NCBI GenBank assembly: GCA_041396965.1
Contig: JAWKXN010000001.1
Coordinates: forward strand, 321,438 to 385,437
DNA length: 64,000 nt
From: Rickettsiales bacterium
GTDB lineage: Bacteria; Pseudomonadota; Alphaproteobacteria; Rickettsiales; SXRF01
Direction: 5' to 3'
The first letter of the stretch is position 1. Each line of letters begins with the position of its first letter. Position numbers and translations under genes: made by a program. Below the pieces are notes generated by a model. It was not told the DNA's origin and searched no databases. It saw only the letters and a list, made by a program, of their open reading frames with translations. Of the stretch, positions 1-9,159 are shown piece by piece.

Positions 1-798
1 AGTAAGTTTTATATGTTCATCCAGATGCTGTTTCTGTAGATCTTTGTTCCATTTATGGTGTTGTTGTATGTTAGCTTGTACCAGCCTGATAGCTGTATTT
101 GTTTCTACCGCTTTTGATTCTACGGTGGTATGATCTATTCTTAAATACCCCCATATAGTAAGGCAAAAAAACATACCCCATATAATGGCGGCTGGGAGTT
201 TTACATTTTTTATGATAGCAGCAGTGACTGCAAGCAGTAATGTAAAAAAAGTAAGACCATATATTCCAAAAATGGATGCCGCTTGCATAGACGCGTCACT
301 AAATGCAAAGCTATATCCGGCAAGATTCCAAGGGAATCCCGAAAATAAATGACCTCTTGCGTATTCAAGTAATAACCAGATAAGAGAAAACCCAAAACAA
401 TCAACAACAGGTACTATTTTATAGTTGTTTCTATATTCCTGATTTTTAATAAATAGATGAAAAAATAATAAACACGCTATAGCTGGGTATAAGGCTATGA
501 TCGCGTTAAGACCAAAAATAGTCGGTGGTATCGCCCAAGCGAATTTTTCAGGATCGGTAAGAAGAGCAATACAAAACCAGTATAGACCGCTTATGTAAAA
601 TCCCCATCCCCACCACCAGCCATCGGCAAAAGCTCTTTTACCTTTTTTTGAGTTCCTTATAAGTAAAAATAGACCGCCATAAGCAGGTATTATAAGAGGA
701 AAAATATAAAATGGCGCTAGAGTCAGAGTAGCGCATACTCCTAACAAGAAAAGAAGAACGTTACGCCGCCATCCAGAAAGATTTATTATAGAGGTCAT
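1..798 (-). CDS. lnt: apolipoprotein N-acyltransferase, 5' part (gene runs off the left edge)
   Basis: Absent from the ORF track because there is no stop in the window. Manual minus-strand translation from ATG 798..796 gives MTSIINLSGWRRNVLLFLLGVCATLTLAPFYIFP...ARGHLFSGFPWNLAGYSFAF. It has a polytopic N-terminus and the GFPWN motif typical of Lnt. The start overlaps the corC stop (ATGA). It sits in the conserved phoH-ybeY-corC-lnt order. Confidence 0.85.
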   Translation of the reverse strand, partial: MTSIINLSGWRRNVLLFLLGVCATLTLAPFYIFPLIIPAYGGLFLLIRNSKKGKRAFADGWWWGWGFYISGLYWFCIALLTDPEKFAWAIPPTIFGLNAIIALYPAIACLLFFHLFIKNQEYRNNYKIVPVVDCFGFSLIWLLLEYARGHLFSGFPWNLAGYSFAFSDASMQAASIFGIYGLTFFTLLLAVTAAIIKNVKLPAAIIWGMFFCLTIWGYLRIDHTTVESKAVETNTAIRLVQANIQQHHKWNKDLQKQHLDEHIKLT

Positions 799-1802
799 GC
801 CTCATCATTTTCTTTGCTAGGAGATATTTTTATACGAACTTTTTTAATCCTGCGCGGATCCGCGTCCATAATATCAAAATCAATTCCTGATTCATGGTTT
901 ATAGTCTCTCCTTTTACTGGAACCCTTCCCAGATTAAAGAAAATAAGACCTCCTAGAGTATCAAATTCATCTTCATGTTCTTTGACGGTAAGGTCAATGC
1001 CAAGCTCTTTTTCCAGCTTCTCTATTCTTATACGTGAATTAACTTCAAAAATATTATCGGCTATTTTTATAAGCCTATCTTCTTGTTCTTCATCCTCATC
1101 ATGTTCGTCTTGAATATCGCCCACTATTTCCTCAAACAAGTCTTCCATAGTGACCAGCCCGTCAGTTCCACCATATTCATCAACCACTATTACCATATGG
1201 CTGCCTTCTTGCCGCATTTTTACCAGCAGATCTATTATTTTCATTGAAGGCGGAACAAATAGCAGGTTGCGTATAACTTTGCGTAGATCAAATTCCTCTT
1301 TTCCACCAACTATCATCAGAAAATCTTTTACATGCAAAAAGCCAAGCATATTATCCATAGTATCTTCATAAACTGGGATACGAGTGTTTTTCTGTTCAAT
1401 TATATGCTTTTTCAGGTCATCAAATGATATATCAACAGACACTGCGGAAATATCGGTACGTGGGACCATTATATCACTTACTTTAGTCTCTCCAAAACTT
1501 AGCACATTATGTAGGATTATCCTTTCTTCAGGTTCCATCCTATCATCGGTCTGTGATTCGTGCTCATCTATTATTTCCTCAAGGGTCTCTTTAAGTGAGG
1601 TGTCGTTTTTTATGCCAAACAAGCTTTTAAGCATATTCTTGAAAGAATATGACTGAAAAAATGGCAGGGTACGGGGACTATCAAATTTATTTAATTTTTT
1701 ATTTTCAACTGCCGCAGATATTCTCTGCGGAGGCTTACTAGAGTCAGGATCATCCATTTCAGACAAAATACCGGAGTTATGTATATTCAAATTGTTCTTC
1801 AT
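795..1802 (-). CDS. corC: CBS-domain CorC/TlyC-family protein (hemolysin C / Mg-Co efflux-associated)
   Basis: 335-aa ORF with a CBS pair and a C-terminal CorC_HlyC-like block (VVDEYGGTDGLVTMEDLFEEIVGDI). It occupies the conserved position between ybeY and lnt. Confidence 0.85.
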   Translation of the reverse strand: MKNNLNIHNSGILSEMDDPDSSKPPQRISAAVENKKLNKFDSPRTLPFFQSYSFKNMLKSLFGIKNDTSLKETLEEIIDEHESQTDDRMEPEERIILHNVLSFGETKVSDIMVPRTDISAVSVDISFDDLKKHIIEQKNTRIPVYEDTMDNMLGFLHVKDFLMIVGGKEEFDLRKVIRNLLFVPPSMKIIDLLVKMRQEGSHMVIVVDEYGGTDGLVTMEDLFEEIVGDIQDEHDEDEEQEDRLIKIADNIFEVNSRIRIEKLEKELGIDLTVKEHEDEFDTLGGLIFFNLGRVPVKGETINHESGIDFDIMDADPRRIKKVRIKISPSKENDEA

Positions 1803-1838
1803 ACTTATGAACTCATTATTACATAATTATCAGATAAA

Positions 1839-2336
1839 TTACAAGTAGGGATTGCTAATATCCAGTTTTTTAAGTATTTTTATTTCCATATTTTCCATTA
1901 TTTTAGCGTCTTTCTCATTCATATGGTCGTATCCCAGTAAGTGCAGAAAACCATGTACCAGTAGGTGAGCACTATGATTACGAAAGGTTTTTTTCTGCTC
2001 TTTCGCTTCTTTTTCTATTGTTTCTAGGGCAAGTATTATATCGCCCAGATTTAAGTTAATATTGGACGATTTTAATGAAAAATCACCATTAGGGAATGAA
2101 AGTACGTTGGTTGGTTTGTTTTTGCCTCTATATTGGTGATTGATGTTTCTTATGAATTTATCGTCAACAAACACCACCGCTATCTCAAAATTATCGCCTG
2201 TATTATTTTTTTTGTGTAGACCGCTAAAGGCTAATGCTTCGTTAAGTATAAAACCAACAGTCTTGGTATATGGACGCAACCTGCTCTTCCATAAATCATT
2301 TGTTATGTGGAAAGAAATATCAAGTTCTGTGCTCAT
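1839..2336 (-). CDS. ybeY: rRNA maturation endoribonuclease YbeY
   Basis: 165 aa with the metal-binding motif HLLVHGFLHLLGYDH. Synteny with phoH and corC. Confidence 0.92.
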   Translation of the reverse strand: MSTELDISFHITNDLWKSRLRPYTKTVGFILNEALAFSGLHKKNNTGDNFEIAVVFVDDKFIRNINHQYRGKNKPTNVLSFPNGDFSLKSSNINLNLGDIILALETIEKEAKEQKKTFRNHSAHLLVHGFLHLLGYDHMNEKDAKIMENMEIKILKKLDISNPYL

Positions 2337-2360
2337 ATTTTATCCGCCTAAAAACCTATT

Positions 2361-2657
2361 TTATAATACAGAGATAAAATCCATTTTTTCATGTAATATC
2401 GCTAAAAAAATAGGTTCTTTCTCTGATAAGAAGAAAATATAATGATGTTCACAGCGAACATAGCGAACATATTGTATTTTCGTGGAGTCATAAAAAATTT
2501 GCTTATAAAGGCAATCACCAGCTACTATATTGTCAAAGCATCTGAAAATATTCGTGACATAACTATCCGCTTGTTTCTTGCCCCATCTATCAAATGTATA
2601 GTTCCAGATTCCTTTTATATCTGTCCTGGCGTCTGACGACAATCTATAACGTCGCAT
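2361..2657 (-). CDS. parE: type II toxin, RelE/ParE family
   Basis: 98 aa. The N-terminus RYRLSSDARTDIKGIWNYT and the C-terminus HHYIFFLSEKEPIFLAILHEKMD fit the ParE pattern. The start overlaps the stop of the upstream RHH gene by 1 nt. Confidence 0.8.
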   Translation of the reverse strand: MRRYRLSSDARTDIKGIWNYTFDRWGKKQADSYVTNIFRCFDNIVAGDCLYKQIFYDSTKIQYVRYVRCEHHYIFFLSEKEPIFLAILHEKMDFISVL

Positions 2658-2923
2658 TAAATACCGCGCGCAGAGTATATTTCAGAAAGTATCTCATTTA
2701 ACGATATATCCAAGAACTCACCTCTTTTAGCGGCTTTAATACGTGGCGCGAGAAACTCTTTTAACCGCTCTAAAGCTTCTATTTCCTCCTTGTTATATGC
2801 CTCATCTTGTGTAGGGAGAGTTTTTTCTAGGATATAATCCTTTATGCTCAAGCCACTAATCGCCGCCATAGCTTTGATTTTCTGGTGTTGATGATCTGAA
2901 ATCTCTATTGAAAGTCTACTCAT
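2657..2923 (-). CDS. ribbon-helix-helix (ParD-like) antitoxin
   Basis: The ORF track starts at 2980 (107 aa). I prefer Met20 at 2923 (MSRLSIEISDHQHQKIKAMAAISGLSIKDYILEKTL), because RHH antitoxins begin with the beta-strand. The start remains uncertain. The gene is paired with the ParE-like gene. Confidence 0.7.
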   Translation of the reverse strand: MSRLSIEISDHQHQKIKAMAAISGLSIKDYILEKTLPTQDEAYNKEEIEALERLKEFLAPRIKAAKRGEFLDISLNEILSEIYSARGI

Positions 2924-3000
2924 ATACAATACATAATAAAGCTGCCACACGAGCCTAAGTGCAGCTTTCACATTACTCATTAATTCAAATCACTCCGTAA

Positions 3001-3038
3001 AATATAGCATAAATGTTCAATCTTGTCAAAATTGAACA
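3001..3038 (-). promoter_or_regulatory. candidate sigma70-type promoter and operator of the RHH/ParE cassette
   Basis: Minus strand reads TTGACA (3029..3024), a 17-nt spacer, then TATATT (3006..3001). An 8-bp inverted repeat TGTTCAAT/ATTGAACA (3014-3021 / 3031-3038) brackets the -35 box. Confidence 0.5.
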
Positions 3039-3053
3039 TCACTAAATTAGTAC

Positions 3054-4052
3054 TCATGACTTTTTCTTGTTTTTTTCCCAATCATCATAGGCTTTGATGA
3101 TTTTTGCTGCTAGTGGATGGCGTACCACGTCTCTATCGGTAAAGCGCACACAGCCAATACCATCTATCTTCTCTACTTTTCTGATAACATCGGCAAGTCC
3201 TGATTTTATATCTTTTGGCAGGTCGGTTTGAGTAAGGTCGCCAGTAATTACCATTCTTGAATTCTCACCTAGTCTGGTTAGGAACATTTTCATTTGAGTT
3301 GGAGTAGTGTTTTGTGCCTCATCAAGTATTACGAAAGCGTTTGACAAAGTTCGCCCACGCATGAAAGCTAGAGGCGCTACCTCAATCTCACCAGTTTCCA
3401 TATAGCGGGTGAGTTTTTCTATCGGTATCATATCATGTAGCGCGTCATATAATGGACGCAGATAAGGATCTATTTTTTCCTTCAGGTCGCCAGGTAAAAA
3501 GCCAAGTTTCTCACCAGCCTCTACCGCTGGGCGTGACAATATTATTTTCTCAACTTTTTTATCCGCGAACATAGCCACCGCCTGAGCTACCGCTATATAT
3601 GTTTTGCCAGTACCAGCAGGACCGGTAACAAACACCACGTCGTTTTTCGCCAAAGATTTCATATATCCCGTCTGCGCTGGCGAATAAGGACGTACTGATT
3701 TACGTAGGGTTTTTATTCTTATTTCAGGCAGACTATCTTCATCATCATGGTTATAATTGCCATTTTCAACCATACGGATAGCGGCATCAACTTCCTGAGA
3801 ACCAATATCAATACCTTTTTTTAAGTCCGAGTGTAGCGATTCAAGTACCGCTCTAAAAGCTTCCACATCATTGCCGCTGCCGCTTACAGCAAGCATATTG
3901 CCACGAGTTACGGTCTTTACGTTAAATTGTTTTTCTAATCTGGTGAGATTCTCGTCATTATTTCCAAACAACATTGGTAGCAGGGAGTTATCCTGAAATG
4001 ATATGCTTATAGATTCACTGTCGCTACCGGCGTTTATCTTTTTCTCTCTCAT
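3054..4052 (-). CDS. phoH: PhoH-like ATPase (YbeZ)
   Basis: 332 aa with Walker A GPAGTGKT and VILDEAQN. Conserved partner of ybeY. Confidence 0.92.
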   Translation of the reverse strand: MREKKINAGSDSESISISFQDNSLLPMLFGNNDENLTRLEKQFNVKTVTRGNMLAVSGSGNDVEAFRAVLESLHSDLKKGIDIGSQEVDAAIRMVENGNYNHDDEDSLPEIRIKTLRKSVRPYSPAQTGYMKSLAKNDVVFVTGPAGTGKTYIAVAQAVAMFADKKVEKIILSRPAVEAGEKLGFLPGDLKEKIDPYLRPLYDALHDMIPIEKLTRYMETGEIEVAPLAFMRGRTLSNAFVILDEAQNTTPTQMKMFLTRLGENSRMVITGDLTQTDLPKDIKSGLADVIRKVEKIDGIGCVRFTDRDVVRHPLAAKIIKAYDDWEKNKKKS

Positions 4053-4333
4053 CAGTAATACGTGGTTGTTGTGAATATATCCATTCTACACGATATAAGG
4101 CGAATTTGCTACGCAATTTTGTAAAATATTGACTATATTTGTAGTTTATAAGCGCAAGATATTGGCTTAAGTCTTGATGGTCATAGAGAAGCGCAGTAAG
4201 TCAGGCTGTGTGATTCTTCAGACAGCCAAGCTATAGGCATATATGAAAGATCCCTCGTCTACGCTCGGGATGACAATGTCATTCCGACTGAGCGTGAGCG
4301 AATGGAGGAATCTTTGAAGGAATTGAAGAACTG

Positions 4334-4420
4334 AGGAGTAAGAAGCATAGTAAGCCAGACCGAGTGAGCCTTCGGTTATGTCCCATGTGAGGGACAGTAG
4401 TCACTTAGTGGGAACGAAAG
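4334..4420 (+). repeat. dispersed intergenic repeat, copy 1 (most diverged)
   Basis: GAGGAGTAAGAAGCATAGTAAGCCAGACCGAGTGAGCCTTCGG...TCCCATGTGAGGGACAGTAGTCACTTAGTGGGA aligns by eye with the copies at 5597-5693 and 18597-18668. Confidence 0.6.
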
Positions 4421-4426
4421 ATTTAT

Positions 4427-5116
4427 TTAATGACAGCTAGCGCTAGTATGATCCATCGCCTCCAAAGCTTGCACGGCGTTATCTATTATTTTGTCATGTT
4501 GCACTGTCTCAGAAATAGGGAGGTCAGTACCGTAATCAGGGTAGACCAACGTATTTATTAGAGGATGGTTTTTACTAGCGCTTATCATCTGTTGTTTTGT
4601 TTTACCATCGTCATTTTTGTAATGTAAATCATAAATATCAAGCCGTACATGACTATTTTTGTGCTGTCGCAGTTTCATAGTGGTTCCAAAAATGCCGTAT
4701 ATAACAGACGTTGTTAGAACAGTAATAAGTGGGTATTTCAGCATTATAGGCTCAGGAGCGGTGGTTACATTGCCAATTGTCATAGACACAACCACTAGCA
4801 ACAAACCAAAGCTAGCGCCAATAGCTATGCTGGAAAAAGCTGACTTTACAAAATTAAAATGTTTATTCTCTAGTGTATCTCCATTTTGAATACATATTTC
4901 ATATTTTTTAGCGTAATTATCTTCTGTTTCTTTGCAATCAATATCAATATATTGATTTTTCTGAAGCTTTCTGCTGTTCATAAAATATATGCCTATTTCT
5001 GCGTGTGAAAATGACGTTGCGTAAATGATGTAATCATAATACCCTAACCCAAGCTCATTAAAAGTGAAACTTTTATTACAGTAGGGATTACCAGTATTGT
5101 AACAAAAGTTTTTCAA
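4427..5116 (-). CDS. hypothetical membrane protein (orphan)
   Basis: 229-aa ORF with two central hydrophobic segments (AFSSIAIGASFGLLLVVVSM, LITVLTTSVIYGIFGTT). No family recognised. AT-rich. Confidence 0.5.
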   Translation of the reverse strand: MKNFCYNTGNPYCNKSFTFNELGLGYYDYIIYATSFSHAEIGIYFMNSRKLQKNQYIDIDCKETEDNYAKKYEICIQNGDTLENKHFNFVKSAFSSIAIGASFGLLLVVVSMTIGNVTTAPEPIMLKYPLITVLTTSVIYGIFGTTMKLRQHKNSHVRLDIYDLHYKNDDGKTKQQMISASKNHPLINTLVYPDYGTDLPISETVQHDKIIDNAVQALEAMDHTSASCH

Positions 5117-5165
5117 TATATTAATTTAACAGGTTAATTTAATAAGTTAATTAGGAGGCAAGTAA

Positions 5166-5570
5166 ATGATTGGCAGACTTAATCATGTAGCGATAGTGGT
5201 TCCTGATTTGGAGAAAGCGTCAGCCACCTATCGCGGTACATTAGGGGCTAAAGTCTCAGAACCACAGGATGTTACCGAGCATGGCGTAACGGTGGTTTTT
5301 GTGGATTTACCTAATACCAAGATAGAATTATTATATCCTCTTGGCGAAAATTCGCCAATCACTGGGTTTTTAGCTAAAAATCCGTCAGGTGGTATTCACC
5401 ATATATGTTATGAGGTTGAGGATATTATAGCGTCTCGTGATAAGTTGCTTGCGGATGGCGCGCGAGTGCTTGGCGATGGCAACCATAAGATAGGAGCGCA
5501 TGGCAAACCAGTTTTGTTTCTGCATCCAAAAGATTTTTTTGGAACTCTTGTTGAATTAGAGCAAGTATAA
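5166..5570 (+). CDS. mce: methylmalonyl-CoA epimerase (VOC/glyoxalase fold)
   Basis: 134 aa. MIGRLNHVAIVVPDLEKA...GGIHHICYEV...FLHPKDFFGTLVELEQ matches the epimerase pattern. Confidence 0.88.
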   Translation: MIGRLNHVAIVVPDLEKASATYRGTLGAKVSEPQDVTEHGVTVVFVDLPNTKIELLYPLGENSPITGFLAKNPSGGIHHICYEVEDIIASRDKLLADGARVLGDGNHKIGAHGKPVLFLHPKDFFGTLVELEQV

Positions 5571-5596
5571 GTGTTAGCTTCTAGGGACTAAAGAAT

Positions 5597-5693
5597 AGGT
5601 AGTAAGAATATGGAACAAGAAACGAGGTCAGTAGACCGAGTCAGCCTTGAGCAATGCCTCATGGGATTTCCAGTAGGAAATACCGGAGGCGAA
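5597..5693 (+). repeat. dispersed intergenic repeat, copy 2
   Basis: AGGTAGTAAGAATATGG...GTCAGTAGACCGAGTCAGCCTTGAGCAATGCCTCATGGGATTTCCAGTAGGAAATACCGGAGGCGA. It contains the hairpin GCCTC..TTTCC-AGTA-GGAAA..GAGGC. Confidence 0.65.
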
Positions 5694-5702
5694 CATAAAA
5701 CA

Positions 5703-5724
5703 CGACCAGTAGACCGAGTCAGCC
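5703..5724 (+). repeat. partial tandem re-occurrence of the repeat head
   Basis: CGACCAGTAGACCGAGTCAGCC repeats the GTCAGTAGACCGAGTCAGCC found at 5627-5646. Confidence 0.6.
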
Positions 5725-5815
5725 CATATTTTTTCTGTATATCCTCTGTGAAAGACAGCAATCTTTCACATGGATGAGATAAATAATAAAACTATAAAGA
5801 TAAATAGGTTATTTT

Positions 5816-6064
5816 ATGTCTGTCCCATTTTTCTTTTTTACTTTTGTAAATTCGTGGTGGATATTGTTATTCGTCAGTATTCCTTTTGCTGTACGTTACG
5901 AAAGTGACGGTATTGAAACAGAGAATAATGACTCATATAGAGCCGCTCCAAGAAAAATATATTGGAAAAAATTGCTGTTAATAGTTACTAGTCTTGCTTT
6001 GCTAATAAGCTTTATTTTAATGATTATTATTAATGAGAAGATTATAACCATACCAAAATTATGA
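5816..6064 (+). CDS. DUF1467-family small membrane protein
   Basis: 82 aa with two TM segments and a WWILLFVSIPFAVR-type N-terminus. It lies between mce and proS, as in other alphaproteobacteria (from memory). Confidence 0.6.
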   Translation: MSVPFFFFTFVNSWWILLFVSIPFAVRYESDGIETENNDSYRAAPRKIYWKKLLLIVTSLALLISFILMIIINEKIITIPKL

Positions 6065-6091
6065 TAACCATAGTAATTCGGATTTTTAATT

Positions 6092-7384
6092 ATGCGCCTT
6101 TCTCGATATTTTTTGCCACTTCTTAAAGAAACACCAGCCGATGCCCAGATAGCTTCCCACCGTCTTATGTTGCGTAGCGGCATGATTCGTCAGCAAGCGT
6201 CTGGTCTTTACACATGGCTTCCGCTAGGACAAAAGGTTCTCGCTAAAATAGAATCCATAGTAGCTGAAGAGTTAAACAGGGCTGGTTGTATACGTGTTAT
6301 GATGCCAACTCTGCAATCTGCTGATTTATGGCGGGAGTCCGGCAGATATGACGCTTATGGTAAGGAATTGCTACGGATGAAGGATCGTCATGACCGAGAC
6401 CTTTTATATAGCCCTACCTGTGAGGAGATGATCGTTGATAATTTTAGGAGTCTGGTTCGCAGCTATAAATCACTACCGATGAATTTATATCAGATTAACT
6501 GGAAATTCCGTGATGAGTTACGTCCACGTTTTGGAGTAATGCGAGGTCGTGAGTTTTACATGAAAGATGGTTACTCGTTCCATATGGATATTGAGGACGC
6601 GAAACGAGAATATAACCTAATGTATGATACTTATCACCGTATTTTTAATCGTCTCGGTCTTACCGCGATAGCGGTTAACGCCGTTACTGGCCAGATTGGC
6701 GGTAATATGAGCCATGAATTTCAGGTTCTTGCTGAAACTGGCGAGAGTGACGTTTACTATGATTGTGTATTTGATGATATACGCAGTGGTAAAGTCCAGA
6801 TGAGTGGTGAGGAGGCAAGAAAGTTATACGCTGCCGCAGACGAGCTGCATATTCCAGAAAAATGTCCGATAAGCTCTGATAAATTACGACAAGCAAAGGG
6901 TATAGAGGTTGGTCAAATATTTTTACTTGGCAGTAAATATACCGATGCTCTTGGTGTTGATATAGCTGGAGAGGATGGCAAGCCAGTGCGTGTTCAAATG
7001 GGAACTTATGGTATTGGGGTTTCCCGTTTGGTCGGAGCGATTATTGAGGCGAGCCATGACGATAACGGAATTATTTGGCCAAAATCAGTTTCACCTTTTG
7101 ATGTTGGTCTGATTAATCTGAAGGTAGGTGACGAGCGTTGTGATGATTTTTGTGAATCACTATATTCAATTCTTACCTCACACGGTAAAGATGTGCTGTA
7201 CTATGATACGGATGAGCGTGCTGGCGTTAAATTCGCTAGCTGTGATCTTATAGGGCTTACTTGGCAGATCGTAGTTGGACCAAAGGGAATAAAAGAAGAA
7301 ATGGTTGAGCTTAAAAATCGCTCTACCGGTGAGAAGTACGAGTTATCAACTCATCAGGCTATAGAAAGGTTACTCGCTGTATGA
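6092..7384 (+). CDS. proS: proline--tRNA ligase (short alpha-type, no INS editing domain)
   Basis: 430 aa. [34 protein letters not shown] plus class II motifs ([27 protein letters not shown]). Confidence 0.95.
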   Translation: MRLSRYFLPLLKETPADAQIASHRLMLRSGMIRQQASGLYTWLPLGQKVLAKIESIVAEELNRAGCIRVMMPTLQSADLWRESGRYDAYGKELLRMKDRHDRDLLYSPTCEEMIVDNFRSLVRSYKSLPMNLYQINWKFRDELRPRFGVMRGREFYMKDGYSFHMDIEDAKREYNLMYDTYHRIFNRLGLTAIAVNAVTGQIGGNMSHEFQVLAETGESDVYYDCVFDDIRSGKVQMSGEEARKLYAAADELHIPEKCPISSDKLRQAKGIEVGQIFLLGSKYTDALGVDIAGEDGKPVRVQMGTYGIGVSRLVGAIIEASHDDNGIIWPKSVSPFDVGLINLKVGDERCDDFCESLYSILTSHGKDVLYYDTDERAGVKFASCDLIGLTWQIVVGPKGIKEEMVELKNRSTGEKYELSTHQAIERLLAV

Positions 7385-7740
7385 TAGATGATAATAGTTT
7401 TATAAATAATGTGCTAGACCAGTTGGCGGATGTTGATGGTATCACCACTCGGCGGATGTTTGGCGGTGTTGGAATTTTCCGCTTAGGGTATATGTTCGCT
7501 ATAGTAGCGGATGACCGTTTATATTTTAAGGTTGATGAGGAAAATAAACCAGATTATCAGGCGGCTGGTAGCGCGCCCTTTATATATGATCGTCACGATG
7601 TAAAAGGAGAGAAAAAGCTTGTCGCTATGAGTTATTGGGAGGTTCCCCCTGATATATTTGAGGATAGGGACGCGTTGTTTCGTTGGATGGTAAAAGCTCA
7701 TGAGGCGGCGATAAAGTCAAAACATAAAGAAATAGGCTGA
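7381..7740 (+). CDS. TfoX N-terminal domain protein
   Basis: 119 aa with [32 protein letters not shown]. The start overlaps the proS stop (ATGA). Confidence 0.75.
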   Translation: MIDDNSFINNVLDQLADVDGITTRRMFGGVGIFRLGYMFAIVADDRLYFKVDEENKPDYQAAGSAPFIYDRHDVKGEKKLVAMSYWEVPPDIFEDRDALFRWMVKAHEAAIKSKHKEIG

Positions 7741-7741
7741 T

Positions 7742-9016
7742 ATGTTTTCACGGTTTGAGCGTATTGTCGCCATTCGTTACCTCCGCGCTCGTAGGGAGGA
7801 AGGGTTTATCTCTGTTATCGCTTTTTTCTCACTTATTGGTATCGCGCTTGGCGTTGCTACTCTTATTGTGGTGCTTGCTGTAATGAATGGGGTAAGAGGT
7901 GAGTTGATAAATAGTATAATTGGTATTGACGGTCATATTACCGTATATCCTAACAATTCACTACCAACGAAAGAAAATGGCATCGCGAATTACGATGATT
8001 TAGTCGGTGGAATATCTTCAGTAAACCATGTGAAATACGCTATTCCTAAAATTGAGGGGCAGGTTATGGCGAACAACAAGAATATTTCGCTTGGAGCGTT
8101 GGTTGTAGGGTTCAAGGCGGATGATATATTAAAGAAAGAACTACTCAAAAAAAAGATAAGTCATGAATCTATAGAGCCCTTCAAAGTTGGTAACGGTATT
8201 TTGATTGGTAGCCGTATGGCGGAAAAGATGGGTGTTAAACGTGGTGATGAGATAACTCTTATTTCGCCAAACGGCAGGGCTACCATAGCCGGAATGGTGC
8301 CAAGAGTTAAGTCATATCAGGTGATTGGTATTTTTGAGCTCGGTATGTTCGCTTATGATAATAGCTTAATAATAATGCCGTTTTCGCAGGCACAGCTTTA
8401 TTTTAAGTTGCTTGAGAATGGTCAGGATATGGCATCCGCTATAGAGGTAAGAACAGATAATCCTGATAATGCCCGCTTGGTTGCCATAGATATAGCTAAG
8501 AAATTAGGAAGAAACTTCCGACTGTATGATTGGAAGTCATCAAACAATAATATTTTTGAGGCGGTGATAGTACAACGTAATGTTATGTTCTTAATACTTA
8601 CACTAATAATTCTGGTAGCCTCATTTAACGTAATTTCTAGCCTTATTATGTTAGTTCGGGAGAAGGGTAGGGATATAGCGATACTTAGGACAATGGGCGC
8701 TTCACGTGCGTCCATTACACGAATATTTTTTATGTGTGGCTCTAGTGTTGGCGTGATTGGAACTTTTATCGGGCTGTTGCTCGGATTGCTTATCGCGTTT
8801 AATACCGAAAATATACAATTATGGCTGGAATCAATGATAGGACATAAATTATTTTCCGCCGAGCTTTATTTCCTTTCGCACTTACCATCACGAGTTGATT
8901 TTTCTGAAGTTTCTGGAGTTATTATATTTTCTCTATTGTTATCGTTCTTATCCACTATATACCCAGCCTACAGAGCGGCGAAAATGAATCCGGCGGAGGC
9001 TTTGCGCTATGAGTAA
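7742..9016 (+). CDS. lolC: lipoprotein-releasing ABC transporter permease LolC/LolE
   Basis: 424 aa. MFSRFERIVAIRYLRARREEGFIS, an FtsX-type C-terminus and ...PAYRAAKMNPAEALRYE. Confidence 0.92.
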   Translation: MFSRFERIVAIRYLRARREEGFISVIAFFSLIGIALGVATLIVVLAVMNGVRGELINSIIGIDGHITVYPNNSLPTKENGIANYDDLVGGISSVNHVKYAIPKIEGQVMANNKNISLGALVVGFKADDILKKELLKKKISHESIEPFKVGNGILIGSRMAEKMGVKRGDEITLISPNGRATIAGMVPRVKSYQVIGIFELGMFAYDNSLIIMPFSQAQLYFKLLENGQDMASAIEVRTDNPDNARLVAIDIAKKLGRNFRLYDWKSSNNNIFEAVIVQRNVMFLILTLIILVASFNVISSLIMLVREKGRDIAILRTMGASRASITRIFFMCGSSVGVIGTFIGLLLGLLIAFNTENIQLWLESMIGHKLFSAELYFLSHLPSRVDFSEVSGVIIFSLLLSFLSTIYPAYRAAKMNPAEALRYE

Positions 9017-9039
9017 TGTTGATATTGACTATTTTGACT

Positions 9040-9068
9040 AAATGTATATACTAATAGTATATACATTT
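9040..9068. promoter_or_regulatory. perfect AT-only palindrome (13-bp arms, 3-nt spacer)
   Basis: AAATGTATATACT-AAT-AGTATATACATTT lies 24 nt after the lolC stop. TAGTATATA recurs at 9113-9121 over the candidate -10 box. It could be a weak terminator or a VapB operator. Confidence 0.4.
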
Positions 9069-9087
9069 TGGTGTCATTCCTATAAAA

Positions 9088-9116
9088 TTGAGTTAAATAG
9101 GTGATAGATTTATAGT
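9088..9116 (+). promoter_or_regulatory. candidate sigma70-type promoter of vapBC
   Basis: TTGAGT (9088-9093), a 17-nt spacer, then TATAGT (9111-9116), 44 nt upstream of the vapB ATG. Confidence 0.45.
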
Positions 9117-9159
9117 ATATATTGTGCGTAAGGTTGCGTGAAAATAAGGTAAGCAATTT

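Noticed and set aside
814-1656. Three plus-strand ORFs (99, 73 and 90 aa) inside corC, and many similar antisense ORFs in the track (e.g. 10785-11226, 28759-29652, 44444-45064, 51187-51895)
   Set aside because: These are shadow ORFs antisense to well-supported genes. Their peptides are low-complexity and Ser/Ile/Leu-rich with no motifs.
2924-2980. 19-residue N-terminal extension (MSNVKAALRLVWQLYYVLY) of the RHH antitoxin as given in the ORF track
   Set aside because: The hydrophobic extension is atypical for RHH antitoxins, which start at the beta-strand. I kept it only as an alternative start because the upstream GGAG is closer to ATG 2980.
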